A stretch of 64,000 nt of DNA from Bacteroidaceae bacterium (GCA_017416705.1 JAFQBG010000034.1:1117-65116); one strand, 5' to 3'; positions 1 to 9,146 are shown, counted from the stretch's first letter. Notes: generated by a model from the letters alone, not told the origin. Numbers and translations: made by a program.

Positions 1-293
1 TGTTGTACCTCGGCTTTTGACTTTGAGCCTACGAATTTATCGACCACTTGTCCGTTCTTGATGAAAAGCACTGTGGGGATGTTACGTATGCCGTATTCGT
101 CGGTGAGCTCCACTGCTTCCTCGATGTCGCACTTGCCAACGGCGATGCGTCCGTCGTACTCCTTGGCAAGCTCCTCGATGATGGGGGCAAGCTGACGGCA
201 AGGACCACACCATGTGGCGCTGAAATCAATTACTATTGGCAATTCCGATGCCATGAATTCTTTTGAGTTGTCATCTGTTACAATTACTTCCAT
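1..293 (-). CDS. trxA: thioredoxin (3' end of gene lies beyond window start)
   Basis: Absent from the ORF track because there is no stop in the window. Manual minus-strand translation from ATG 293-291 gives MEVIVTDDNSKEFMASELPIVIDFSATWCGPCRQLAPIIEELAKEYDGRIAVGKCDIEEAVELTDEYGIRNIPTVLFIKNGQVVDKFVGSKSKAEVQ. It has the canonical WCGPC active site and starts 11 nt downstream of the dnaE stop. Confidence 0.9.
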   Translation of the reverse strand, partial: MEVIVTDDNSKEFMASELPIVIDFSATWCGPCRQLAPIIEELAKEYDGRIAVGKCDIEEAVELTDEYGIRNIPTVLFIKNGQVVDKFVGSKSKAEVQ

Positions 294-304
294 AAGTGTA
301 GTTT

Positions 305-3300
305 TTAATTTAGTTTATAATCTATATTTGGTACTGATTTTATGTAATCTATTAGTTCTTGCTCGACGGCTATTTGGTGGCTCTTTGACACAAGCTGCAA
401 CTTGAACTCGTTTTCTATGTCGCGTATGCAGAATTGTAGTTTGCAATTTCCTTTGTTACGCTCGATGTAGTCTAACAGGTGTTCGTATATGTCTTGCGTC
501 ATGTCCATTACATTAAACGTAAGGGTGATGCTTTTTATTATCTTTTCTTTAACATCGGAGAGTAATTGGATGTTGCTGACTACAAATTCTAATTCGTCGG
601 GCTTCCAACGTTTGGGTTGGCAACTGCCTGTTATGTACAGGAAGGTGCCTTGGGTGAAATAGTATTGTTTTTGTATCCAGTCGTCGCCAAAGAAGGGGAA
701 TTCGGCTGTTCCGCTGAAATCTTCTATTTTTACAATGCCGTAGGGGTTGCCTTTTTTGGTCTGTCCCACGCGCGGTGGCTCGCTTACTATGCCGCCAAAT
801 GTCACTTTGCGGTTTTTTATGTTGTTTATGTCGGCAAACTCGTCGGCTCGGGTGTTGCAAAATTCGTTCAGTATGATGGTATATTCGTCTAAGGGGTGTG
901 CCGATAGGTATATGCCCACAAGCTCGCGCTCTTTGTTCAGACGTTCCAATGTGCTCCAATTGTGCCCCTCGGGTATCTCGGGGTGTGGTATCTCGGCCAT
1001 GCCTTGCTCGCCGAAGAGTGAGTTCTGTGACATGTTCTTGTCTATCTGGAAACGGTTGCCGTATCGTACCAACGCTTCCAGAAATTGCTCGCCCTTGCTG
1101 TTGATGCTCATGTACTGCTCGCGTTCTATGCCGCCGGGCAGTTCGTCGAATGCTCCCGACAGGGCAAGGCATTCGAGGTTTTTCCTGTTGCAGGCTGTCA
1201 GGTTGACGCGCTCTACAAAGTCGAATATGCTGGTGAAGGGGCCGTTTGCATTGCGCTCGTCGATGATGCTTTGCACTGCGCTCTCGCCCACGCCTTTCAC
1301 TGCGCATAGTCCGAAACGTATGTGCCCCTGACTGTTTACGCTGAACTTACGACGCGACTCGTTTACGTCGGGACCTAATACTTTTATACCCATGCTTGTA
1401 CATTCTTGCATGAGCTTTGTTATTTCGGTTATGTTGGATAGGTTGCGGCTTAGGGCTCCTGCCATGTATTGCGAGGGGTAGTGTGCTTTCAGATAGGCTG
1501 TTTGGTAGGCTACCCACGAATAGCATGTGGCGTGCGACTTGTTGAATGCGTATGAGGCAAATTTCTCCCAGTCGGCCCATATCTTTTCGAGTGTCTCGGC
1601 GGGGTGTCCGTTGGCTTGACCGCCTTTTATGAATTTGGGCTTTAACTCGTCGAGCTTTTCTTTGAGCTTCTTACCCATGGCTTTACGCAGGGTGTCGCTC
1701 TCGCCGCGGGTGAAGTTGGCAAGCAGACGCGACAGGAGCATCACCTGCTCTTGGTACACTGTGATGCCGTAGGTGTCTTTCAGGTATTTCTCCATGCAGG
1801 GGAGGTCGTACTTCACCAACTCGGGGTTGTGCTTGCGTTGTATGAAGTCGGGGATGTAGTCCATGGGGCCGGGACGGTATAGCGCGTTCATGGCTATGAG
1901 GTCCTCGAATGTGCTTGGCTGCAATTCGCGCAGGTATTTTTGCATGCCCGGCGACTCGAACTGGAATGTTCCTATGGTGTTGCCTTTGCAGTATAGCTCG
2001 TAGGTTAGTTTGTCGTCGATGGGTATTTTGTCTATATCGACTTTCGTGCCAAGGCTTTGTTCTATGTTTTCTATGGCTTCGTTTATCACCGAGAGCGTTT
2101 TCAGCCCCAAGAAGTCCATTTTTATGAGGCCTGTCTCTTCTATCACGCTGCCTTCGTACTGTGTCACAAGCAGTTTCTCGCCTGTCTCCTTGTCTTCGGC
2201 TATGCTTATGGGTACGTGGTCGGTGATGTCGTCGCGGCATATGATGGTGCCACATGCGTGAACTCCGGTGTTACGCACGTTGCCTTCGAGCATCTTGGCA
2301 TATTTTATGGTGTCGCGCAATAGCATGTCGGGCGATGCCTCGGCTTCGCGTAGCTCGGGCACTGCGGCTATTGCGTTGGGCAGGTTCATTTTTTTACCAT
2401 CGGGCAGACGGTCGGGGATGGCTTTGCATAGCTTGTTCGATACGTCGAGGGGTACTTTTTGTACACGTGCAACGTCTTTTATGGCTAACTTGGTGGCCAT
2501 GGTGCCGTAGGTAATGATGTGGGCTACTTTTTCTTGGCCGTATTTTTCGGTTACCCATTTTAGGACTTCGCCGCGTCCGTCGTCGTCGAAATCGACGTCG
2601 ATATCGGGGAGCGATATACGGTCGGGGTTCAGAAAACGCTCGAACAGCAGGTCGTATTTTATGGGATCGACACGTGTTATACCAAGGCAATAGGCTACCA
2701 CGCTACCGGCTGCCGAACCGCGTCCGGGGCCTACTGCTACTCCTAATTCCTCGCGGGCGGCACGTATGAAGTCTTGTACTATGAGGAAGTAGCCGGGGAA
2801 ACCCATGGTCTTCATTATGTGCAGCTCGAAGTCGATGCGGTCGGTGAGTTCTTGTGTGAAGGGCTCGTCGTAGCATTTTTTTGCTCCGTCGTATGTGAGC
2901 TTGCGCAGGTAGTCGCCCTCTAATTTTATGCGGTATAGCTTGTCGTAGCCGCCAAGTTTTTTTATTTTTTTCTCGGCATCTTCCTGCGACAGCACTACAT
3001 TGCCTTTTTCGTCGCGAGTGAACTCGTTGAACAGGTCCTCGTGGGTGTATTGGTTTCTGTAACCCTCCTCGGTGCCGAAATCCTCGGGTATGGCGAAGTT
3101 GGGCATGATGGGGGCGTTGTCGATACTGTAAAATTCTACCTTGTCGCAAATCTCCACGGTGTTGGAGAGGCTCTCGGGGGTGTCGCCGAATATGGCGTTC
3201 ATCTCCTCCTTTGTTTTCATCCACTCCTGCTTGGAGTAGAGCATGCGTTTGGGGTCGTCAAGGTCCTTGCCGGTGCTGAGGCATATTAGTCTGTCGTGTG

Positions 3301-4000
3301 CCTCGGCGTTCTCCTCATCGACAAAGTGTACGTCGTTGGTGCATATCAGTTTCACTCCACATTTTTGGCTAAGTGTCTTTATATGCTCGTTTACGTTTAG
3401 CTGTATGTCATAGACTTCGTGGTTGGCCCGCTCGACGGTTGCCTTGTGTAGCTGCAATTCCAGATAGTAGTCGTCGCCGAATACATCCTTGTACCAATTT
3501 ACGGCGGCCTCGGCTTCGTCTATCTTGCCGTTTCTTATCAGCTGGGGTATCTCGCCGCCCAAGCATGCCGAACAGACTATGAGCCCCTCGCGATATTTTT
3601 TCAGTTCCTCCTTGTCGGTACGTGGCGTGTAGTAATAGCCCTCGGACCATGCCTTGGATACTATTTTTATGAGGTTGTGGTAGCCTTGTTTGTTCTTGGC
3701 AAGCAGTACCAAGTGGTGGCCACGCATATCCTCTTTTAACTCCTTATTATATAGACTACGCTCGGCTACATAGACTTCGCAACCTATGATAGGCTTGAAT
3801 TTGCTCTCTTCGTCCTTGCCTTTGTTTATTTTATTGACGTAGTTGTAGAACTCTTTTATAGCCATCATATTACCATGGTCGGTTACGGCAATTCCTTTCA
3901 TTCCATCGGCAATGGCTTTATCGACAAGCCTTTTCACCGAGGCTTGTCCGTCAAGAATTGAATATTGGGTGTGCACGTGTAGGTGTACGAAGTCTTCCAT
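305..4000 (-). CDS. dnaE: DNA polymerase III alpha subunit
   Basis: 1274-aa ORF with PHP-domain N-terminus MEDFVHLHVHTQYSILDG, pol III alpha core and C-terminal OB region. Start trimmed from ORF-track 4129 to ATG at 4000, the conserved N-terminus. Confidence 0.95.
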   Translation of the reverse strand: MEDFVHLHVHTQYSILDGQASVKRLVDKAIADGMKGIAVTDHGNMMAIKEFYNYVNKINKGKDEESKFKPIIGCEVYVAERSLYNKELKEDMRGHHLVLLAKNKQGYHNLIKIVSKAWSEGYYYTPRTDKEELKKYREGLIVCSACLGGEIPQLIRNGKIDEAEAAVNWYKDVFGDDYYLELQLHKATVERANHEVYDIQLNVNEHIKTLSQKCGVKLICTNDVHFVDEENAEAHDRLICLSTGKDLDDPKRMLYSKQEWMKTKEEMNAIFGDTPESLSNTVEICDKVEFYSIDNAPIMPNFAIPEDFGTEEGYRNQYTHEDLFNEFTRDEKGNVVLSQEDAEKKIKKLGGYDKLYRIKLEGDYLRKLTYDGAKKCYDEPFTQELTDRIDFELHIMKTMGFPGYFLIVQDFIRAAREELGVAVGPGRGSAAGSVVAYCLGITRVDPIKYDLLFERFLNPDRISLPDIDVDFDDDGRGEVLKWVTEKYGQEKVAHIITYGTMATKLAIKDVARVQKVPLDVSNKLCKAIPDRLPDGKKMNLPNAIAAVPELREAEASPDMLLRDTIKYAKMLEGNVRNTGVHACGTIICRDDITDHVPISIAEDKETGEKLLVTQYEGSVIEETGLIKMDFLGLKTLSVINEAIENIEQSLGTKVDIDKIPIDDKLTYELYCKGNTIGTFQFESPGMQKYLRELQPSTFEDLIAMNALYRPGPMDYIPDFIQRKHNPELVKYDLPCMEKYLKDTYGITVYQEQVMLLSRLLANFTRGESDTLRKAMGKKLKEKLDELKPKFIKGGQANGHPAETLEKIWADWEKFASYAFNKSHATCYSWVAYQTAYLKAHYPSQYMAGALSRNLSNITEITKLMQECTSMGIKVLGPDVNESRRKFSVNSQGHIRFGLCAVKGVGESAVQSIIDERNANGPFTSIFDFVERVNLTACNRKNLECLALSGAFDELPGGIEREQYMSINSKGEQFLEALVRYGNRFQIDKNMSQNSLFGEQGMAEIPHPEIPEGHNWSTLERLNKERELVGIYLSAHPLDEYTIILNEFCNTRADEFADINNIKNRKVTFGGIVSEPPRVGQTKKGNPYGIVKIEDFSGTAEFPFFGDDWIQKQYYFTQGTFLYITGSCQPKRWKPDELEFVVSNIQLLSDVKEKIIKSITLTFNVMDMTQDIYEHLLDYIERNKGNCKLQFCIRDIENEFKLQLVSKSHQIAVEQELIDYIKSVPNIDYKLN

Positions 4001-4155
4001 GGTATGATTTTTAATGTTTTTTTTGGGGGCGCGGCATGTTTTTTTTGAGGCTTCGCAAAAACATTGCCAACGGGCGGGGTAAACAAAATTTGCTCTATAA
4101 AACTTAGCGGTATAAATTAAAAAAAGCAAATAAAGGCTCCATTCGCGCTCTATTG

Positions 4156-4222
4156 CAAAGATAGTAACAAACGAGCGAAAAATATGAAGCTTGCTTCAAT
4201 ATTTTTTACAGCGAGTGCAGTC
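4156..4222 (-). repeat. dispersed promoter-associated module, copy A (67 bp, identical to copy B)
   Basis: CAAAGATAGTAACAAACGAGCGAAAAATATGAAGCTTGCTTCAATATTTTTTACAGCGAGTGCAGTC. It starts with the reverse complement of a TAnnTTTG box. The core 4172-4222 contains the palindrome AAAAATATGAAGCTTGCTTCAATATTTTT. Confidence 0.9.
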
Positions 4223-4240
4223 TTATCTTCGATGCCTAAT

Positions 4241-4307
4241 CAAAGATAGTAACAAACGAGCGAAAAATATGAAGCTTGCTTCAATATTTTTTACAGCGAG
4301 TGCAGTC
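4241..4307 (-). repeat. dispersed promoter-associated module, copy B (67 bp, identical to copy A)
   Basis: 100% identical to 4156-4222, offset by 85 bp. It is followed by a third CAAAGATA box at 4327-4334. Confidence 0.9.
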
Positions 4308-4326
4308 GTGTTTTCTATGTCCACAT

Positions 4327-4334
4327 CAAAGATA
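4327..4334 (-). promoter_or_regulatory. -7 type promoter box (TATCTTTG on minus strand), distal box upstream of dnaE
   Basis: CAAAGATA is the reverse complement of the Bacteroidota TAnnTTTG consensus. It lies 19 nt upstream (minus sense) of repeat copy B. Confidence 0.4.
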
Positions 4335-4514
4335 ATAGCAAACCGCCATTTTACATAATTGTTTAGCAAAAAAAGTTATCAACTTGTTACCAATAAATAT
4401 TTTTTTTCATAATATAAAAGAGTAATGTGTTGAATACTAAATTGTTGTCTTTGGATATTTTTTTTGTATGTTTGTTTTTATCCTTTTTTTGTTGGGTATT
4501 TAACAAAATGTGAC

Positions 4515-4522
4515 TATTTTTG
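4515..4522 (+). promoter_or_regulatory. -7 promoter box TATTTTTG for psd
   Basis: Matches TAnnTTTG, 22 nt upstream of the psd ATG. Confidence 0.5.
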
Positions 4523-4544
4523 TGAATATTAAATTTTCTATCTG

Positions 4545-5231
4545 ATGAAACGAATAAGGAAAATTAAGAAAATACGTATCCACAGAGAGGGTACATCTAT
4601 TCTTGTTATCGCTTTTGTGATTCTTCTTTTGATTAACGCTGCGTCATGGTGCCTTGTGCCATACGATGTTTTTAATATTGGTTTCTCGGGAGTGTCGGCT
4701 GTGTTGTACCTGCTCATGGTGAATTTTTTCCGCAGCCCCCGACGTGTGTTCGATGGCGACACAGAAAATCTTGTCATTGCACCGGCCGACGGAAGGGTGG
4801 TTGTTGTGGAGAAAGTCTTTGAGCCCGACCACTTTAAGGAGGATAGAATAATGATTTCCATATTCATGAGCCCCATGAATGTCCATGCCAACTGGTATCC
4901 TGTCGAGGGTGTTGTGACACGCGTGGAGCATATGAACGGACATTTCCACAAGGCATGGTTGCCCAAGGCAAGCACCGAGAACGAGCGTTCGCTGGTTGTC
5001 ATACGTACCCACAGCGGTGTCGATGTCCTTGTGCGTCAGGTGGCAGGAGCCATGGCACGTCGCATTGTCACATATGCCGAGGTGGGCGAGGAGTGTTTCA
5101 TAGACGAGCACATGGGCTTCATAAAATTCGGTTCGCGTGTCGATGTCTATCTGCCTTTGGATGCCGAGGTATATGTCGATTTGGAACAAAAAACCGTTGG
5201 CAACGAGACTGTTATAGCAAAACTTAAATGA
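4545..5231 (+). CDS. psd: phosphatidylserine decarboxylase proenzyme
   Basis: 228 aa with an N-terminal TM segment, conserved PADGRV and MSPMNVH motifs, and C-terminal FGSRVD (G-S self-cleavage site). Adjacent to pssA. Confidence 0.85.
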   Translation: MKRIRKIKKIRIHREGTSILVIAFVILLLINAASWCLVPYDVFNIGFSGVSAVLYLLMVNFFRSPRRVFDGDTENLVIAPADGRVVVVEKVFEPDHFKEDRIMISIFMSPMNVHANWYPVEGVVTRVEHMNGHFHKAWLPKASTENERSLVVIRTHSGVDVLVRQVAGAMARRIVTYAEVGEECFIDEHMGFIKFGSRVDVYLPLDAEVYVDLEQKTVGNETVIAKLK

Positions 5232-5279
5232 GTATAGCGGTCGCTATTAACCGTTTGAACAAAAATTAAATAAAGAACG

Positions 5280-5978
5280 ATGTCTATAAAAAAACATATC
5301 CCCAACTCGATAACATGCTGCAACCTATTCTCGGGCTGTGTGGCATGTACAATGGCATTCGAAGGTTATTTTGTGTGGGCACTCGCGTTTATTGTGTTGG
5401 GTGCGGTATTTGACTTTTTCGATGGAATGGCAGCACGCTTGTTAGGGGTGACATCGCCCATGGGCCTGCAAATGGACTCCTTGGCCGATGATATCACATT
5501 CGGCCTTGCTCCGGCTGCAATGGTTTATACCTACTTGCAGCAGATAACAGGCTCGATAGACTCCATGCAGTTTGCAACGTTCCTGCCATACTGCGCTTTC
5601 CTGATAGCCGTTTTCTCGGCTCTAAGGCTGGCCAAGTTCAATATAGACAAACGACAGACAACGTCGTTCATGGGGCTGCCTACACCTGCCAATGCTCTTT
5701 TCTGGGCATCGCTGATAGCAGGCGCAGGCGACTGGATAGCGACATTCGCTGCCGGATGGTTCTTGATATTGGCACTTATTATTTTATCGTCGTTCTTGCT
5801 TATTTGCGATATTCCAATGTTCTCGATGAAATTCAAACGATTGGAGTGGCGTGCAAATAAAAGACGATACATATTCTTGGTTGTGGCACTGCCCATGCTG
5901 TCGTTGGGGCTTGTTTCGGCAGTGGCTATAATATCTTGGTATGTCATTTTGTCTGTTATTTTGGCAATGAAAAGGTAA
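5280..5978 (+). CDS. pssA: CDP-diacylglycerol--serine O-phosphatidyltransferase
   Basis: 232-aa polytopic membrane protein with the CDP-alcohol phosphatidyltransferase motif DFFDGMAARLLGVTSPMGLQMDSLADD. Confidence 0.85.
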   Translation: MSIKKHIPNSITCCNLFSGCVACTMAFEGYFVWALAFIVLGAVFDFFDGMAARLLGVTSPMGLQMDSLADDITFGLAPAAMVYTYLQQITGSIDSMQFATFLPYCAFLIAVFSALRLAKFNIDKRQTTSFMGLPTPANALFWASLIAGAGDWIATFAAGWFLILALIILSSFLLICDIPMFSMKFKRLEWRANKRRYIFLVVALPMLSLGLVSAVAIISWYVILSVILAMKR

Positions 5979-6026
5979 TTTAGGCTTTTTTTGCCTAAAT
6001 AAGTTGCCGAAATATCCTGTTGGCAT

Positions 6027-6034
6027 TATATTTG
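6027..6034 (+). promoter_or_regulatory. -7 promoter box TATATTTG
   Basis: Matches TAnnTTTG, 34 nt upstream of the ATG at 6069. Confidence 0.45.
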
Positions 6035-6068
6035 CCGTACCCTTAGTGTAACATTATATTATTAAGGT

Positions 6069-6392
6069 ATGACAATTATTTTGTTTATTTTTATACTGTT
6101 AATATTATTATTGATGTTTGCCTCGTCGTTGATACTGTCTGTGCTGAGGTGGATATTGTCGTTGTTTGGCATTGGCGGCTCGCGTGCGGCGAATGACAGC
6201 TTCTATGGTGCCGGTGGCTCACGTGGCGGCAACGCAGGCAGGACATCGTCGTCGTCGTCGAGGAACTCCTCGGGGGCATCGGATTCGGGGTGGCACTATT
6301 CTCCCGAGGCAGAGTATAAACGTCGCAAACGTAAAAAGATAATAGGCAACGACGAAGGCGAATACGTCGATTATGAGGAAATGAAGGAGTGA
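6069..6392 (+). CDS. small membrane protein, DUF4834-like
   Basis: 107 aa with an N-terminal TM helix, a Gly/Ser-rich linker, a basic patch and C-terminal DEGEYVDYEE. From memory this resembles the Bacteroidota DUF4834 family. Confidence 0.6.
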   Translation: MTIILFIFILLILLLMFASSLILSVLRWILSLFGIGGSRAANDSFYGAGGSRGGNAGRTSSSSSRNSSGASDSGWHYSPEAEYKRRKRKKIIGNDEGEYVDYEEMKE

Positions 6393-6428
6393 ATACACAT
6401 ATTCACTCCTTCTGTTTTTATAGATGGC

Positions 6429-6860
6429 TTATCTTTTCTCTTTGAAAAACGATTTTATCAGCAGGGCGGCTTCGTCGGCACAAATGCCATGCGTCACCTG
6501 TGTCTTGGGATGCAGAACCATTGGGGCATATTTGCGATAGCCGCGTTTTTCGTCGTCGGCGGCATATACAAGCCTGCCCAGCTGCGACCAGCCTATGGCT
6601 CCGGCGCACATGGGGCATGGCTCCAATGTGACATATAATGTACATTCGTTCAGATATTTGCCACCCATGTTGTTTGCCGCAGCGGTGATAGCCTGCATTT
6701 CGGCATGGGCGGTGACATCGTTGAGCGTTTCGGTGAGGTTGTGGCAACGAGCTATTATGCGGTTGTTGCATACAACAACCGCGCCTATCGGCACTTCGCC
6801 TTTTTGGTAGGCTGCCTGCGCCTCGCGCAAGGCTTGTTTCATGTAATATTCGTCTGTCAT
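6429..6860 (-). CDS. tadA: tRNA adenosine(34) deaminase
   Basis: 143 aa with the CDA-fold zinc motifs HAEMQAI and PCPMCAGAI. Confidence 0.9.
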   Translation of the reverse strand: MTDEYYMKQALREAQAAYQKGEVPIGAVVVCNNRIIARCHNLTETLNDVTAHAEMQAITAAANNMGGKYLNECTLYVTLEPCPMCAGAIGWSQLGRLVYAADDEKRGYRKYAPMVLHPKTQVTHGICADEAALLIKSFFKEKR

Positions 6861-6865
6861 GGGGC

Positions 6866-7102
6866 TTAACGTCGCATGTCGTGTTCGTTGAACAGTGTAG
6901 GGTAGTCCTCGTCTAAGTTTTTGTAAATGAATGCCAGCAAGGTCTCGCGTATCCAGTTGCTCTTGTTGCCTATCTTGTATTTTCTAAGATAATCGTCAAT
7001 TATCTTGTTTTCCTCGTCGCTCACAAGGCTCACAATACGCTTGTGGCGTACAGGCTGTATGCGTGCGGTGGTTGCTTTGGGTGCGTTCTTCTTTTTGGCC
7101 AT
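6866..7102 (-). CDS. hypothetical small protein, possible ribbon-helix-helix fold
   Basis: 78 aa with a basic N-terminus followed by KRIVSLVSDEENKIIDDYLRKYKIGNKSNWIRETLLAFI, a strand-helix-helix pattern. Its stop lies 5 nt before the tadA start. Confidence 0.5.
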   Translation of the reverse strand: MAKKKNAPKATTARIQPVRHKRIVSLVSDEENKIIDDYLRKYKIGNKSNWIRETLLAFIYKNLDEDYPTLFNEHDMRR

Positions 7103-7143
7103 TATAAGAAACAGTTTCTAAGTGTGAATTAGCGATGTTTCTG

Positions 7144-7151
7144 CAAATTTA
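7144..7151 (-). promoter_or_regulatory. -7 promoter box (TAAATTTG on minus strand)
   Basis: CAAATTTA, 41 nt upstream of the start at 7102. Confidence 0.45.
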
Positions 7152-7235
7152 CATTTTACTTGTTCGAAAAACAAACTTTTGATTGCCTTTTCAAATAGTA
7201 ACTATTATCTTAGTGCTGTTTTTTTACTGTTGCTT

Positions 7236-7601
7236 ATGGCTGAACATAATCTTCTTGGGAGTAAGGGCGAAATGCTTGCCATGCGTTATTTGCAGGAGCA
7301 AGGCTATGCCATACATGAACTTAATTGGCGTAGCGGACACAAAGAATTGGATATCGTGGCACAGGAACGCGATGTGCTTGTCTTTGTCGAGGTGAAAACG
7401 CGCAGCACCAATCACTATGGCGATGCTGCCGATGCTGTCACTCCCGCGAAAATGCACAATCTTATATTGGCTGCCGAGTCGTATGTTAAATGCAAACAGA
7501 TAGACTTGGATGTGCGCTTCGACATCATAACCGTGGTGGGCATAGGCGATAACAGTAGAATAGAACATATACGCAATGCTTTTTATCCCGGAATATCATG
7601 A
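7236..7601 (+). CDS. YraN family (UPF0102) endonuclease-like protein
   Basis: GSKGEMLAMRYLQEQGYAIHELNWRSGHKELDIVAQERDVLVFVEVKTRS is the typical YraN signature. Start trimmed from 7179 to ATG 7236. Confidence 0.8.
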   Translation: MAEHNLLGSKGEMLAMRYLQEQGYAIHELNWRSGHKELDIVAQERDVLVFVEVKTRSTNHYGDAADAVTPAKMHNLILAAESYVKCKQIDLDVRFDIITVVGIGDNSRIEHIRNAFYPGIS

Positions 7602-7945
7602 ATATCGAAGACACCAGATTATATTGCCTTGGCAAGCAGGGGGCAACCGAGGATTTCCCCTTCGACGAGAATGTGCTTGTCTTTCGTGTCGAGAACAAAA
7701 TTTTTGCGTGCGTCGATCTGATGAACACGAAATGGTTTTGCGTTAAATGCGACCCCGACCGCGCCATAGAACTACGCGACACCTATGCCGCCATTCGCCC
7801 GGCATGGCATTGGAACAAGAAATATTGGAACCAGCTCGATATTGAACTGTTGCCCCATGATTTGCTGTGTGAACTAATAGACCATTCCTACGACGAGGTG
7901 TTGAAGAAACTACCCAAGAAAGTACGAGCCAAGTATGGAAGATAA
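7598..7945 (+). CDS. MmcQ/YjbR family DNA-binding protein
   Basis: 115 aa. The N-terminus YCLGKQGATEDFPFDENVLVFRVENKIFA is typical of YjbR. ATGA overlap with the upstream gene. Confidence 0.75.
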   Translation: MNIEDTRLYCLGKQGATEDFPFDENVLVFRVENKIFACVDLMNTKWFCVKCDPDRAIELRDTYAAIRPAWHWNKKYWNQLDIELLPHDLLCELIDHSYDEVLKKLPKKVRAKYGR

Positions 7946-8693
7946 TATCTGTTTTTCATGTACGCATAGGCGTTGCGTCGATTCCACAAATAAATACATA
8001 CGCGAAAATGCCGCCCGGTTGTGGGCTGCTGCCGGCACAGCCGATGCCCTTGTGGTGACAGCCGACTTCCAAACGGCGGGACGCGGTCAACAGGGCAATG
8101 TGTGGTTGTCGCAGCAGGGCGATAATCTGTTGATGAGTATTCTTGTGCGCCCGCAATTCCTGACTGTCGACAGGCAGTTTGCTCTGTCGCAGACAATAGC
8201 ATTGGCGTTGCACGATGCTATGTCGCTCTATGGTATTGACGTACAGATAAAATGGCCTAACGATATATATGCCGACGAGAAAAAACTGTCGGGGATATTG
8301 GTGGAAATAGACTACGCGGCTGCTCACATAGAACAGGCTGTGATAGGCGTGGGGTTGAATATTAATCAGCGTCGGTTCGAGCCCATGAGCCGCGTGCCTG
8401 TCTCCATGAGCATGCTCACGAACAGGGATTTTTCGGTGCCCGATGTGCAGCAGACGCTGTTGCGGTGTTTTGCCAAACGCTATGCGGTTTTGCGCCGTGG
8501 TGCTTTCGACGATATATCCTCGGCTTACATGCGGTTGCTTAAAGGCTATGGCGTGTGGTGCCGATATAAAGATGCTTCGGGTGTTTTCAATGCCAAAATG
8601 GTGGGGGTTAGCCCCAATGGATATTTGCTGTTGTTGCGCGACGATGATGTCAGGCTGCAATATGCTTTCAAGCAGGTGGAGCAGCTGTTTTGA
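7935..8693 (+). CDS. birA: biotin--[acetyl-CoA-carboxylase] ligase
   Basis: 252 aa with VDSTNKY and the biotin-binding loop QTAGRGQQGNVW. No N-terminal HTH domain. Confidence 0.85.
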   Translation: MEDNICFSCTHRRCVDSTNKYIRENAARLWAAAGTADALVVTADFQTAGRGQQGNVWLSQQGDNLLMSILVRPQFLTVDRQFALSQTIALALHDAMSLYGIDVQIKWPNDIYADEKKLSGILVEIDYAAAHIEQAVIGVGLNINQRRFEPMSRVPVSMSMLTNRDFSVPDVQQTLLRCFAKRYAVLRRGAFDDISSAYMRLLKGYGVWCRYKDASGVFNAKMVGVSPNGYLLLLRDDDVRLQYAFKQVEQLF

Positions 8694-8707
8694 GCCTGCG
8701 TCCGTTC

Positions 8708-8941
8708 CTACTGTTTGTTGTCGTAACGGGTGTAGTTATCTTTTTCTCTTTTTTCTCGGAGTTTCTCACGACGTCTTAGTACAAACCATAATATTACAAG
8801 AACAGCGTAGGATGTAGCTACAATAACCCATTTTTTTGTGTCGCTTATCTCGTGGTTGCGTGGGAACAGGTATATATACATTATGGTGGTATATATAAAC
8901 AGTATCGCTGTCAGCAGATTGCTTTTCCTGATTTTTTTCAT
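8708..8941 (-). CDS. hypothetical small membrane protein
   Basis: 77 aa with two predicted TM helices and a basic C-terminal tail. A promoter box lies at 8968-8975. Confidence 0.5.
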   Translation of the reverse strand: MKKIRKSNLLTAILFIYTTIMYIYLFPRNHEISDTKKWVIVATSYAVLVILWFVLRRREKLREKREKDNYTRYDNKQ

Positions 8942-8967
8942 TGTACTATCTTTTTGTTTGCTATGTG

Positions 8968-8975
8968 CAAAATTA
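8968..8975 (-). promoter_or_regulatory. -7 promoter box (TAATTTTG on minus strand)
   Basis: CAAAATTA, 26 nt upstream of the start at 8941. Confidence 0.45.
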
Positions 8976-9097
8976 ATTCTTTTTCCTCACAGGTGCCCCA
9001 TGCTGTGTGTGCTTTGTTGCTATCGCATGCTGTTATTTAACTTTTATTTTATTTTTATTCAGGTTTTTGGTATATTTGCTGTAAGCAGCGAATATGT

Positions 9098-9146
9098 ACT
9101 TCGCTCGCTGTAAAAATATTGAAGCAAGCTTCATATTTTTCGCTCG
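9098..9146 (+). repeat. dispersed promoter-associated module, copy C (inverted relative to copies A/B)
   Basis: ACTTCGCTCGCTGTAAAAATATTGAAGCAAGCTTCATATTTTTCGCTCG is the reverse complement of core 4172-4222, with 2 substitutions and 2 one-base indels. Confidence 0.85.

Noticed and set aside
4001-4129. 43-codon N-terminal extension of the dnaE ORF
   Set aside because: The conserved PHP-domain N-terminus begins at MEDFVHLHVH (ATG 4000), and the upstream residues are non-conserved. Similar extensions were trimmed for yraN, the metallophosphoesterase, the MATE transporter, folA, leuD, the RsmF-like gene, lpxK (TTG) and the 34690 (GTG) ORF.
4184-4249. Mini-ORF inside the dispersed module (MKLASIFFTASAVLSSMPNQR) resembling a signal-peptide start
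   Set aside because: The reading frame is not conserved between copies. Copy B gives 29 aa with a different tail, copy C has a 1-nt deletion that shifts the frame after 7 codons, and copy D stops after 12 codons (MKFTSIFYAVAM). No plus-strand promoter box precedes it. A coding function is unlikely, although a relic of a gene 5' end cannot be excluded.
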